A stretch of 13,534 bases of DNA from Chlamydiota bacterium (GTDB lineage Bacteria > Chlamydiota > Chlamydiia > Chlamydiales > SM23-39), in assembly GCA_039179045.1 (NCBI GenBank), contig JBCDEZ010000038.1:1-13534 (forward strand). The letters run 5' to 3'. The notes beneath the pieces are model-generated. The model was given only the letters and a program-made list of their open reading frames with translations, made no database searches and was not told where the DNA came from. How positions within the stretch are numbered: the first letter of the stretch is position 1; the number at the start of each line of letters is the position of its first letter. A program made the position numbers and the translations under genes. Below, one piece after another: positions 1 through 7,533 of the stretch.

Positions 1-1
1 C

Positions 2-85
2 TACTCAAGAAAACCAAGTACTCAAAGAGTAGAAGGTTACTTAAAATGCCTGATGATGAATCAAATGATGAGAACTGAGAGCTAG
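2..85 (+). CDS. 3' end of an IS5/IS903-group transposase (partial; intactness unknown)
   Basis: Manual translation gives YSRKPSTQRVEGYLKCLMMNQMMRTES*, with TAG at 83-85. This fits the R..Q.VE......N.M pattern at the C-terminus of IS903-type transposases and lies just inside the terminal repeat. Confidence 0.75.
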   Translation, partial: YSRKPSTQRVEGYLKCLMMNQMMRTES

Positions 86-123
86 AAAACCTTCAAGGAT
101 AGTCCTAGTTGGTCTGAAAATCT

Positions 124-141
124 GATTTTTTCAACAAGGCC
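124..141 (-). repeat. IS right terminal inverted repeat (IRR)
   Basis: GATTTTTTCAACAAGGCC; inverted partner GGTGTTGTTGAAAAAATC at 13144-13161 (2 mismatches). Confidence 0.85.
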
Positions 142-205
142 TATTCAATCGAATTAATCTAAAATAAGAAATTCCATGATAAAAAATTCCTTTTTATTTT
201 TCAAT

Positions 206-231
206 AAAAAAGCATTTTGGAGATGCTTTTT
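206..231. terminator. Probable bidirectional intrinsic terminator downstream of sctT
   Basis: AAAAAGCAT(207-215)-N7-ATGCTTTTT(223-231) hairpin with a U-tract on both strands, about 25 nt after the sctT stop. The GC core of the stem is short. Confidence 0.55.
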
Positions 232-256
232 ACTGTATGCGTACATAGGGTTTTAG

Positions 257-1117
257 CTAGGCCACTTGGTAAGGGGCGATCTTCTTCAGGAGGAGTTCTA
301 TCATCCGGACCCAGGATAGGGATTCGTTTTCGAGCTGCTGGAGGATAAAAATCCAGGCGATGGATAGGAGCAAAATTCCCACCCAAGATTTGAGAGGAAT
401 GCCCAAAAAGACAATCTGCACCTGAGGAGCGAGCCTGTTGGCGATTCCCAGGAACATTTCGATCATCAAGATGCCGATCAGTGAAGGGGCTGCTAGCTGG
501 ACTGCGAGGGTCATGAGTCGGTATAAAATGTGTGTCATGCTCTCCCAAAAAGAGACGTTTTGGGTGAAAAACAGGGGATTGAAGTAGGCATCGACAGGAA
601 TGACTTCGAAAGAAGAGCCGAGAGCCTGAAAAAAATGTAGAGGACCTCCAATCGCAAAGAATAGAGCAATGAGCACATAGTTGTAAAGCAGACCCAAAGG
701 TCCCGTTTGCGTCTGCGTAGAGGGATCTTGGATCTGCAAGGAGGAGGCTCCCCGAACGTGGTCGATGAGACTTCCCGAGGTCATGGCGATATAAAAGGGA
801 ATGGAGATCAAAAATCCTAGTACGAAACCCACCAACAGCTCTTTAAACGCGTAGACGGCGAATATCATTCCAAAATCGATCTGTTGCTGCGCATGAATCA
901 GCGCGTTGGGAATGAAGATCGCACTCAAAGCGATCCCGAACATGAGCTTGGTTGTACTGGGTAGATTTTTCGCTCCTAGAAAAGGGGCCAAAGCTACAAT
1001 CGGCACGACCCGAAAAAGGGTCAAAAGAAAAAGAACTAAGACAGAATTTGGAGAGATGCCCGGGAAGCTCAACAGCAAACTGAGGTAATTATCGGTAGCG
1101 CGAAAGGTGTTTTCCAA
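257..1117 (-). CDS. sctT: Type III secretion export gate protein SctT (CdsT/YscT, FliR family)
   Basis: 286-aa polytopic membrane protein with KELLVGFVLGF, GSLIDHVRG and LGIANRLAPQVQIVFLGIPLKS motifs; last gene after sctR-sctS; TTG start. Confidence 0.95.
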   Translation of the reverse strand: MENTFRATDNYLSLLLSFPGISPNSVLVLFLLTLFRVVPIVALAPFLGAKNLPSTTKLMFGIALSAIFIPNALIHAQQQIDFGMIFAVYAFKELLVGFVLGFLISIPFYIAMTSGSLIDHVRGASSLQIQDPSTQTQTGPLGLLYNYVLIALFFAIGGPLHFFQALGSSFEVIPVDAYFNPLFFTQNVSFWESMTHILYRLMTLAVQLAAPSLIGILMIEMFLGIANRLAPQVQIVFLGIPLKSWVGILLLSIAWIFILQQLENESLSWVRMIELLLKKIAPYQVA

Positions 1118-1123
1118 AAGAGC

Positions 1124-1390
1124 TCATCCCCATTTGTAGAGATTGCTGAAGATCTTGTGCGCAAAGCTAAAGATTTGCGATCCTAGCCATCCTCCCATTA
1201 GCATCAAGGTCAAAATCACCGCAAAGAGCTTCACCGTGAAAGAAAGAGTCTGTTCTTGGATCTGCGTTGCTGCCTGGAACACAGCGACCATTAGCCCTAG
1301 TACCATACTGATCAAAATAGGGGGGCCAGAAAGGAGTAAGATGAGAAAAAGAGCCTGGTAGGTAAGCTGGTAGATTTCGTTTGCGTACAT
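1124..1390 (-). CDS. sctS: Type III secretion export gate protein SctS (CdsS/YscS, FliQ family)
   Basis: 88 aa with the hallmark GLMVAVFQAATQIQEQTLSFTVKL. Confidence 0.97.
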   Translation of the reverse strand: MYANEIYQLTYQALFLILLLSGPPILISMVLGLMVAVFQAATQIQEQTLSFTVKLFAVILTLMLMGGWLGSQIFSFAHKIFSNLYKWG

Positions 1391-1391
1391 A

Positions 1392-2183
1392 CTATTTGAA
1401 GGTGAGCGTTAATCCCTGAATCAGGAGCGTCCATCCATCGACCATGACAAGCAAGAGCAGCTTAATCGGCAGCGCGATGGTAAGGGGCGAGAGCATCATC
1501 ATCCCCATCGCGAGGAGGATGTTTGATGTAACTAGATCAATCACAAAAAAGGGGAGGTAAACTAGTACACCAATTTCGAAAGCGCTTTTCAGTTGCGAGG
1601 TCATGAAAGCTGGGATCAGCACTAGGAAATCTTTCTGATCCAATGCAGATTTGTAGGGCTCAGGAAAGAGCTTGCGAGCAATCTGGTAGAATCCATTGAT
1701 GTTCTTTTGGTAAGTATTTTTGAGCAAAAAGGTGCGCAAAGGCTCTTTGCTCCGGTCAATGATTTCGATCAGGTAGCTTGCCGACTGATCAGAAAAAAGG
1801 GATGTTGGGGCACGGTCTATCACTGGTTTAGCCGCATCGTACATTGCAAGGCCCGTTGGGAACATGACGTACACCGTCATGATGAGCGCAATCCCGTTGA
1901 TGACCTGGTTTGGGGGGGACTGCTGCACACCGAGGGCGTTGCGCAAAAGAGCGAGCACGATCACCATTTTCACAAAAGAGGTGAGGAGCATGACTGCGAA
2001 GGGCAAAATCGAGACACCGGCTAAGAGTGCCATTTTCGAGAGAAGAGAAGGGCCCTCAAAGCGGAATCCCTCATCGGAGCCCTGTTGCAAAGCGCGCTCT
2101 GCTAAAGTTCCCGATCCGGGTTCTTCCGCTTGTAGGGAAACGAAGAGGCTAAAAAAAAGACAGCAAAAAAACAGCTTTCTCAT
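1392..2183 (-). CDS. sctR: Type III secretion export gate protein SctR (CdsR/YscR, FliP family)
   Basis: Motifs LTSFVKMVIVLALLRNALGVQQSPPNQV, PAFMTSQLKSAFEIG and LPFFVIDLVTSNILLAMGMMMLSP. Start moved from 2231 to the ATG at 2183, which has SD AAGGA and an ATGA overlap with the sctL stop; 263 aa. Confidence 0.96.
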   Translation of the reverse strand: MRKLFFCCLFFSLFVSLQAEEPGSGTLAERALQQGSDEGFRFEGPSLLSKMALLAGVSILPFAVMLLTSFVKMVIVLALLRNALGVQQSPPNQVINGIALIMTVYVMFPTGLAMYDAAKPVIDRAPTSLFSDQSASYLIEIIDRSKEPLRTFLLKNTYQKNINGFYQIARKLFPEPYKSALDQKDFLVLIPAFMTSQLKSAFEIGVLVYLPFFVIDLVTSNILLAMGMMMLSPLTIALPIKLLLLVMVDGWTLLIQGLTLTFK

Positions 2184-2806
2184 AAATCCTTTTCCATGAA
2201 CGAGGCAAACGCTTTTTCGAGTGCCTCCCACTGCGTTTCAAGCTGTGCGTTGATGATCCCCGATTCGGTCACAATCGTACACCCCCCCTCTTCGATATCT
2301 TCTCTCGGTTCGATTTTCAACGTGCGCACTTCGCGCAAAATCTCCTGGATCTTTTCCTGCTCTTTTTCTACCACAACATAATCTTTCGGATTGACGTAGA
2401 TTGTGATCTGGTGTTGCTGCACCACAGGTCGAAGAGCTTGTAAGATGATCTCTACGATTCTTTCGGGATGGAGCTTGAGTTCTTCGCCAAGAATTTTCCT
2501 TGCTGCTTTGATTGCAAGAGGCAAGATCTTTTTGTGCACCTCTTCGCTTAGCTCCTCGCTTAGCTTTTTTAGATGCAAATGGTGCTCGTAGAGCTTTTTG
2601 AGGCCTGCAAGAAAGCCCGCTTTTTCCGCCTCTTCTTTGAGGAGTTCACACTCGGAAGCTACCTCTGTGCGATACGCTAGCGCCTCGGTTTTTGCAGTGC
2701 GGACGAGCTCTTCTCCTGCGAGAAGGCACTCCACCTCTTCTTTGGGCAGGATCTTGCTCTCCGTGCTCCGAACGCTCTGATGAGAGAAAAGGGAAAAATA
2801 CTTCAT
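2180..2806 (-). CDS. sctL: Type III secretion stator SctL (CdsL/YscL, FliH family)
   Basis: 208 aa with AEKAGFLAG, LAIKAARKILGEEL, IYVNPKD and GGCTIVTESGIINAQLETQW; operon position; ATGA overlaps at both ends. Confidence 0.95.
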   Translation of the reverse strand: MKYFSLFSHQSVRSTESKILPKEEVECLLAGEELVRTAKTEALAYRTEVASECELLKEEAEKAGFLAGLKKLYEHHLHLKKLSEELSEEVHKKILPLAIKAARKILGEELKLHPERIVEIILQALRPVVQQHQITIYVNPKDYVVVEKEQEKIQEILREVRTLKIEPREDIEEGGCTIVTESGIINAQLETQWEALEKAFASFMEKDL

Positions 2807-3636
2807 AAATGACCCTGCAATATACCCAATACCGAGCTTACCATATCCTGGGTGTGCTTAGCGAGCGCCTTTTTTTCGTAGGTTTGTAAGAGGAGGGTTC
2901 CTCTCCCTTCATCCAGTCTTCTTGTGATATGCCAAAGAAAGTCTTTGTTCGTCTGTAAAAGAGCAATGCCGAGCCGCACAATGCCCCGTTTATGCATCTC
3001 TTGTTGGAAAGAGGGGAAGTCGCGGTAGGCAGTTCTCGGGAATAGGGGAGGGGGAAGCGCTTTGGAAATCTCCGCGATGATTGCCTGATCTCCTTCTCCC
3101 AAAGAGTCGCTAAGCTCTTGCAAACGGCGCTGCTCCACAAGCTGCCGCATCTCGATCGCAATATCGAATAGGGATAGATGGTGGATCAGAGCAACAAGTT
3201 CTTTCTTAGTTTTAGTCAGCAAGGGGAAAAGAGGCATCTTTTGCATGTATTCCATAGGGAGAGTTGCCCGTTCATGAAATAGGCTCTCTTCCAAAATCTG
3301 GACCAGATACCGGGAAAAGCAGGGGGAAAGCTTGGGAAGTGTCCAAGGAATATCGAGCGCTTTTGCCAGTTTTTTCCCCGTCCTTTCTCGGAAAAGGGGA
3401 AAAAAAAGATGGGGAGCATCTTGCTGCTGCAAAAAGGAGACGAACCAGGAGTAGTGCACATCGCGCAGCAAAGAGCTTAACGAAAAAGAGGCGGGTGAAA
3501 AGGCCACATCTTTTGTATGGTTTGAGCGGAGCTGTTCAATATGCTCCTCTCCAAGGTAGTGTAGCAAAGACTGCTGTCTTTCTTCTGGCAAGGTTTGTAG
3601 TTTCCCGTAGAGCACGAAATAAGAGGCAAAGCGCAT
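2803..3636 (-). CDS. sctK: Chlamydial T3SS protein between sctJ and sctL (CT560-like, probable SctK sorting-platform adaptor)
   Basis: 277 aa with VHYSWF, LSLFDIAIE, HKRGIVRLGIAL and LWHITRRLDEGRG, as in the chlamydial CT560 family; SD AGGAG. The SctK function is inferred from position. Confidence 0.75.
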   Translation of the reverse strand: MRFASYFVLYGKLQTLPEERQQSLLHYLGEEHIEQLRSNHTKDVAFSPASFSLSSLLRDVHYSWFVSFLQQQDAPHLFFPLFRERTGKKLAKALDIPWTLPKLSPCFSRYLVQILEESLFHERATLPMEYMQKMPLFPLLTKTKKELVALIHHLSLFDIAIEMRQLVEQRRLQELSDSLGEGDQAIIAEISKALPPPLFPRTAYRDFPSFQQEMHKRGIVRLGIALLQTNKDFLWHITRRLDEGRGTLLLQTYEKKALAKHTQDMVSSVLGILQGHL

Positions 3637-3639
3637 CGG

Positions 3640-4530
3640 TTACTCCTGACGAGGCGTTTCCTGATCTGGCTTGCTCCTTTGCATCGAGTTCCAAATAGAG
3701 CGCGCAAACTTGGGATAGCTTGTGAAGAAGATCCAAAGAAAGCCAGACCCCAAAGCGATGACCAAAAGCATCATGAGCGATAAGATTCTTCGGAAGGTAG
3801 AGACCGAGTCTTTGGTCATCACAACCGACCAGACGCGCACATAGCCTTTCTCTTCCAAAGAGCCTCCTACAACTCGTCCCTCAGGTTCGAGTTGGATGTC
3901 AGAGAGCTTGGCTCTGTCGGAGATGATCGAAACGTGATCGAAGGAAAGCCCTTGTACGCTTCCCGCAAGAAGTCGTTTGATTTTAGTCTCGAGCTGGTTA
4001 TTGGGATCTTCAAAAGCGCCCACATGTTTGACATAAACAGCAGCTGTAACAGGTAGCTTTGCCCTCTCAGAGGTCGCGGCATCTTCCATGCCATCTTCGA
4101 TGGGAAAGGAGATCTGTACATCAGCATCGATGATCCCATCGATCTTGCGGATCGTATTTTTTAGTTGCTCTGCCAATCCTGCTTGAAAGCGGATATTTTC
4201 TTCTCGGTCTGATGACATGAGCCCCTGTTTGGCAAAGAGCTCGAGAAGACTCGTTCCCTTTCTCCTAGGGAGTCCCGCCTGGTTGAGTAGAGCCATCGCC
4301 TGTGTTTCGTCTTTTGCAGCGACCGTGATCGACCACATATTGCTCGGGCCTGATGCCGCAGCCGCGGCACTCTGCGCAATCGCTACTTTCTGCGCCGGTA
4401 TGCCTCTCGAAGCGAGAAAGACGATGATCTCATTGGCCTCTCTCTCATCAATGTCATTCACAACAAAATGGCTGGAATCGCAACCCACAAATAAGAGAAG
4501 TAAGGAAAGAAAAATGAGGTACTTTTTCAT
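3640..4530 (-). CDS. sctJ: Type III secretion inner-membrane ring lipoprotein SctJ (CdsJ/YscJ)
   Basis: Lipoprotein signal MKKYLIFLSLLLLFVG|C, EREANEIIVFL, LNQAGLPR, TIRKIDGIIDADVQISFP, and a C-terminal TM helix. ATG at 4530 preferred; TTG at 4539 is possible. SD AGGAG upstream. Confidence 0.96.
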   Translation of the reverse strand: MKKYLIFLSLLLLFVGCDSSHFVVNDIDEREANEIIVFLASRGIPAQKVAIAQSAAAAASGPSNMWSITVAAKDETQAMALLNQAGLPRRKGTSLLELFAKQGLMSSDREENIRFQAGLAEQLKNTIRKIDGIIDADVQISFPIEDGMEDAATSERAKLPVTAAVYVKHVGAFEDPNNQLETKIKRLLAGSVQGLSFDHVSIISDRAKLSDIQLEPEGRVVGGSLEEKGYVRVWSVVMTKDSVSTFRRILSLMMLLVIALGSGFLWIFFTSYPKFARSIWNSMQRSKPDQETPRQE

Positions 4531-4569
4531 AACAGGCAAGCTCTCCTAAGAAACCGTTTCCAAACTACC

Positions 4570-4598
4570 GTTATATCATGTTTCTCCGTTTGAGAAGA
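4570..4598 (-). promoter_or_regulatory. Candidate sigma66/sigma70-type promoter for the sct operon
   Basis: Extended -10-like TGATATAAC at 4578-4570, about 40 nt upstream of the sctJ ATG; no canonical -35. Confidence 0.35.
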
Positions 4599-4668
4599 GT
4601 GTTTTTTCCCGAAAAAAGTGGGAGAAGACCTGTGACACGTTTCCAAATCTAGTAGAAACAGACCAGCC

Positions 4669-4691
4669 TGCCCGATTTGTTGTCTCGGGCA
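4669..4691 (-). terminator. GC-rich hairpin downstream of the 127-aa ORF; possible weak terminator or operator
   Basis: TGCCCGA-N9-TCGGGCA perfect 7-bp inverted repeat about 60 nt after the stop; no immediately adjacent U-tract. Confidence 0.3.
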
Positions 4692-4750
4692 TCCTATCGA
4701 AAGAAGTACAAAACCCTGGAAAAAGATCTTTCGTATTCTAGTGAGATGAT

Positions 4751-5134
4751 TTACGGTTCCTTAGTAGAATTTAGCGGAGAGGGGCTTCTCGAACCAGTTC
4801 TCGAAGACCTGTTCCCCCAACCACCAAGCCAGGATATCTTCTTTTTGTGTGCTTTGCTCTCTTCCGCTTGCTTCTCTAATGCGCCAACCCTTTTGTGCAG
4901 ATCCCGATTCTGATTGCGTAAAGTTTTGTGCTGATCATATAGCGCTACGAACGTTTTCTGGAACCGGTCGAGTATATCGACCATTCTTGGATCAATAGCA
5001 CTCTTTTGTTGCACCGATTTTGGTTCCCCCTCTTTTGTCGATAATTTCCCTACAGCTTCTCTGAGGTCACTCATTGATTGATGGATCTTTTGTTCGCTTG
5101 GGCTTTGTGGGTTAAGTGGATTAGTACTACTCAT
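4751..5134 (-). CDS. Hypothetical coiled-coil protein, candidate type III secreted effector
   Basis: 127 aa; strong SD AGGAG 8 nt before the ATG; upstream TGATAAAAT; S/P/N-rich N-terminus, central heptad helix, basic Ser-rich tail. Confidence 0.8.
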   Translation of the reverse strand: MSSTNPLNPQSPSEQKIHQSMSDLREAVGKLSTKEGEPKSVQQKSAIDPRMVDILDRFQKTFVALYDQHKTLRNQNRDLHKRVGALEKQAEESKAHKKKISWLGGWGNRSSRTGSRSPSPLNSTKEP

Positions 5135-5161
5135 AAAAATTACTCCTAATTTTTCCGCAAC

Positions 5162-5170
5162 ATTTTATCA
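5162..5170 (-). promoter_or_regulatory. Extended -10 promoter element for the 127-aa ORF
   Basis: TGnTAAAAT 27 nt upstream of the ATG, in an AT-rich region. Confidence 0.5.
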
Positions 5171-5409
5171 AAGAATTACTATGAATAATAGGGTTTTTTG
5201 GAAAATTTACGCAGCGACATTTCTTTCTTTTCCACCAATCGATATCGCCAGATTGCCAAGGGAAGTGCTAAGGATCTTAAATTCCGCATTCCGCCCCCTT
5301 TCATGTTGACGCGTATATTTTTTCAAACAGTGAGAGAGTGTGCTAATGAGTAGAGCTCTCGAAACTGCGCATAAGAAAACGTACAGACTTTCCCGTGCAA
5401 GTCGGAGAA

Positions 5410-6483
5410 TTAGCTCCTGCTCAAAGGTACCTTTTTGAGGATCGAGCGCGCGTGCTCAAACACGGTATCAACGCTGATCTGTCTCAAGCAAAATGGGAGT
5501 CTACAGGAGCGGGAAAGGCAAGGGGTACAGGTTCTTGGTGCAACGATTGTACAGGCGTTTTCCGTTTCGTATGGGCCACAGCGGTGAGGATCTGTGGGGG
5601 AAAAAAGCGCGATGACGGGGTGCTTGCAAGCGCAGGCAAGGTGCATGGGCCCTGTATCATTGGTAATCAGAAGATCGCTTGCAACAAGCGTAGCTGCGTA
5701 GCTGCGTATCGATTGGTGGGCGATCAGCCGGCTATTGGGCAGATGCTTTTGGAGCTGCGCTCCTAAATCATCTTCTCCTTTGCCGATACCAATCCATAAA
5801 GTGCATCCGATCTCCTCCTCGAGTCGTTTCCCTAGAGCAATATAGTGAGAAATGGGCCAACACTTGTACCGGTCTTTTGCACCTGGATGCAGAAAGACGA
5901 CGGGATTTTCCCTTCCATTTTTCATCCGAAAAGCGGTTGCCCCATTCCGTTCCTCCTTGCGCATCCGGTAGCGAAGAGTGGGGTCTACAATGGATGCGCC
6001 TGCCAATCGAATGAGGTTCTCTCTTCTTTCGATTTCATGCAGAGCGGGTGGTGCCTCTTGGGTCAGGAAGCGGCCTAGGCCCTTATGCTCGCCCTTTGTG
6101 CCTATGATATGGGGAATTCCACTGCAGGCGAGCAGGGGGAGCATGGCGCGCTGGGAGCTATGGAAGACAAAAGCTGTATGATACTGCCTCTCGATCAAGG
6201 TGTTGCGCAAACGGTACCAATCGAGTAGGCGCTCTGGAAGAAGATAGCGCTGATTGATATCGGGGTTGTACTCAAAGAGTTGCCTGCCTAAGTCGGTCAT
6301 CAATACATCGAGCGTGCATTCGGGAAAGTGGTGGCGCAGGCCGTTGATGGAGGGAAGGGCCCAAAGAGAGTCTCCAAGACCTGTGGTACTTACGACAAGA
6401 AAGCGTTCGGTGGAGGGGGGAGTGCCCTTTTTTTTCAAAAGTTTAGCGAGCGCACGAAGAGCGCCATTTTTCAAAAGGCGCAT
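5410..6483 (-). CDS. Glycosyltransferase family 9 (ADP-heptose:LPS heptosyltransferase-like)
   Basis: 357 aa with GLGDSLWALP, HPGAKDRYKCWP, LITNDTGPMHLACA and ALFSPTDP, plus a C-terminal CxPCxxxxCxxxxC; SD GGGAG. Confidence 0.92.
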   Translation of the reverse strand: MRLLKNGALRALAKLLKKKGTPPSTERFLVVSTTGLGDSLWALPSINGLRHHFPECTLDVLMTDLGRQLFEYNPDINQRYLLPERLLDWYRLRNTLIERQYHTAFVFHSSQRAMLPLLACSGIPHIIGTKGEHKGLGRFLTQEAPPALHEIERRENLIRLAGASIVDPTLRYRMRKEERNGATAFRMKNGRENPVVFLHPGAKDRYKCWPISHYIALGKRLEEEIGCTLWIGIGKGEDDLGAQLQKHLPNSRLIAHQSIRSYAATLVASDLLITNDTGPMHLACACKHPVIALFSPTDPHRCGPYETENACTIVAPRTCTPCLSRSCRLPFCLRQISVDTVFEHARSILKKVPLSRS

Positions 6484-6526
6484 CGTACTCCCGTTTTCAG
6501 GAGGAGTCGGTGCATAGAAGCGCTTT

Positions 6527-7516
6527 TTATTGGCAGCATGCCCCTCTCCTTTTCCTGCGCAAAAGCGCGCAGGTAGGTAGGGTTGGGAGAGAGGTGAGCA
6601 TGGAACAGATGCCCTCGATCCAGTAGTTTTCGAGGTTGAGCGCGTCGAGGCGGTAGGGGAACAGCCCCGCCTCCGCTATTAGGGGGAGGTAGAGCCGTTC
6701 GATCTCAAAGAGCGTCTCGATATGGTCTGAGGTGAAGCTGAGGGGGATGAAGATCACATGCTCTTTTCCCTGGTGCCACAAGCGGATCGATTCAGAGGCT
6801 TTTTCTGTGTAAGGACGCAGCCATTTTCCTGGACCGAATTTCGATTGGTAGCAGACACGCGAGAGAGCTTGGGGAAAGGCAGAGGCGATCGCTCGGTAAG
6901 AGGCTTCGCACTCTTTTTGGTAAGAGTCTCCCTTGCGCACGAAGCTCTCGGGGATGCCGTGAGGGGAAAAGAGGAGTACAACCTCCGACTCTTTTAGACC
7001 TTTTTTTTCCAGAAAGGAGGCAATTTTTCTTTGGTACGCCATGACAAATCCCGGGTGTTCTGGGTACGAGCGAATCCAACGGATCTTTTCACAACTTTGC
7101 CTCGAGAGGTGCTGGCGCAAGAAAAGCGCGCAACTTCCTGTTGTAGCGGAGCAAAACTGAGGGAAGAGGGGAAATGCTGTGATGGGCCCTTCGCTCTTTT
7201 CGATCGCTGAGAGGCTTTTTTTATGTGTATCTGGAAGGTACCGATGGAAGGTAATGCAAGGTGCTCTCAGCTTTTCTTCTAAAAGACGCGCGAGGCATTC
7301 GGTATCTTGGTAGATGGGGGAGCGTCCACCAATGTAGGCGTAATCTTCTTCCACTTTTTTCGCGCGTTTTTGTGCAATCCTACGGAAAAAAGCCCGGTGC
7401 AACCAGCCCGGGAAAGGGGTGCGCAGCACCTCCTGATCGGAGAGGAGCGCTGTAAGAAAGTCGGGAATCTCTGCGAGGGATCTAGGGCCCCCAAAATTGA
7501 CAAGGAGATAACGCAT
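6527..7516 (-). CDS. hemH: Ferrochelatase
   Basis: 329 aa with LLVNFGGP, YIGGRSP, PLFPQFCSATTGS, FSPHGIP (catalytic His), YQSKFGPGKWLRP and FTSDHIETLFEI. Confidence 0.96.
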   Translation of the reverse strand: MRYLLVNFGGPRSLAEIPDFLTALLSDQEVLRTPFPGWLHRAFFRRIAQKRAKKVEEDYAYIGGRSPIYQDTECLARLLEEKLRAPCITFHRYLPDTHKKSLSAIEKSEGPITAFPLFPQFCSATTGSCALFLRQHLSRQSCEKIRWIRSYPEHPGFVMAYQRKIASFLEKKGLKESEVVLLFSPHGIPESFVRKGDSYQKECEASYRAIASAFPQALSRVCYQSKFGPGKWLRPYTEKASESIRLWHQGKEHVIFIPLSFTSDHIETLFEIERLYLPLIAEAGLFPYRLDALNLENYWIEGICSMLTSLPTLPTCALLRRKRRGACCQ

Positions 7517-7526
7517 ACACTATGAT
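7497..7526 (+). promoter_or_regulatory. Near-consensus sigma66/sigma70 promoter for the solute-binding protein gene, overlapping the hemH start
   Basis: TTGACA(7497-7502)-N18-TATGAT(7521-7526). Confidence 0.6.
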
Positions 7527-7533
7527 TACCAGT

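Larger units (their letters stand above)
1..141 (+). mobile_element. Right end of an IS5-family (IS903-like) insertion sequence, truncated by the window edge
   Basis: Transposase-like C-terminus at 2-85, then an 18-bp terminal repeat at 124-141. Its reverse complement, GGCCTTGTTGAAAAAATC, is 16/18 identical to 13144-13161 and resembles the IS903 end as I recall it (GGCTTTGTTGAATAAATC). Confidence 0.85.

Noticed and set aside
2184..2231. ORF-track 5' extension of sctR
   Set aside because: It overlaps sctL, and the ATG at 2183 has an SD, an ATGA coupling and a signal-peptide-like start.
4345..4375. Poly-Ala stretch in SctJ
   Set aside because: It uses mixed codons, so it is not a DNA repeat; an Ala-rich loop here is, as I recall, normal for chlamydial CdsJ.
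5207..5287. Minus-strand frame AEFKILSTSLGNLAISIGGKERNVAA*, resembling a tmRNA tag
   Set aside because: There is no tRNA-like 5'/3' domain, T-arm or CCA end on that strand, and too little room before the next gene.
5263..5346. Two CIRCE-like half sites (AAGTGCTAA, GTGTGCTAA)
   Set aside because: Neither has a TTAGCACTC arm at 9-nt spacing, and no heat-shock gene is adjacent.
6471..6515. 14-aa uORF MHRLLLKTGVRCAF overlapping the GT9 start and echoing its N-terminus
   Set aside because: It has no SD, is short, and the similarity is weak at the DNA level.
6527..6560. RRKRRGACCQ as a host prenylation or NLS signal
   Set aside because: It is not a CaaX box (no Cys at -4), and HemH has no secretion-type N-terminus.
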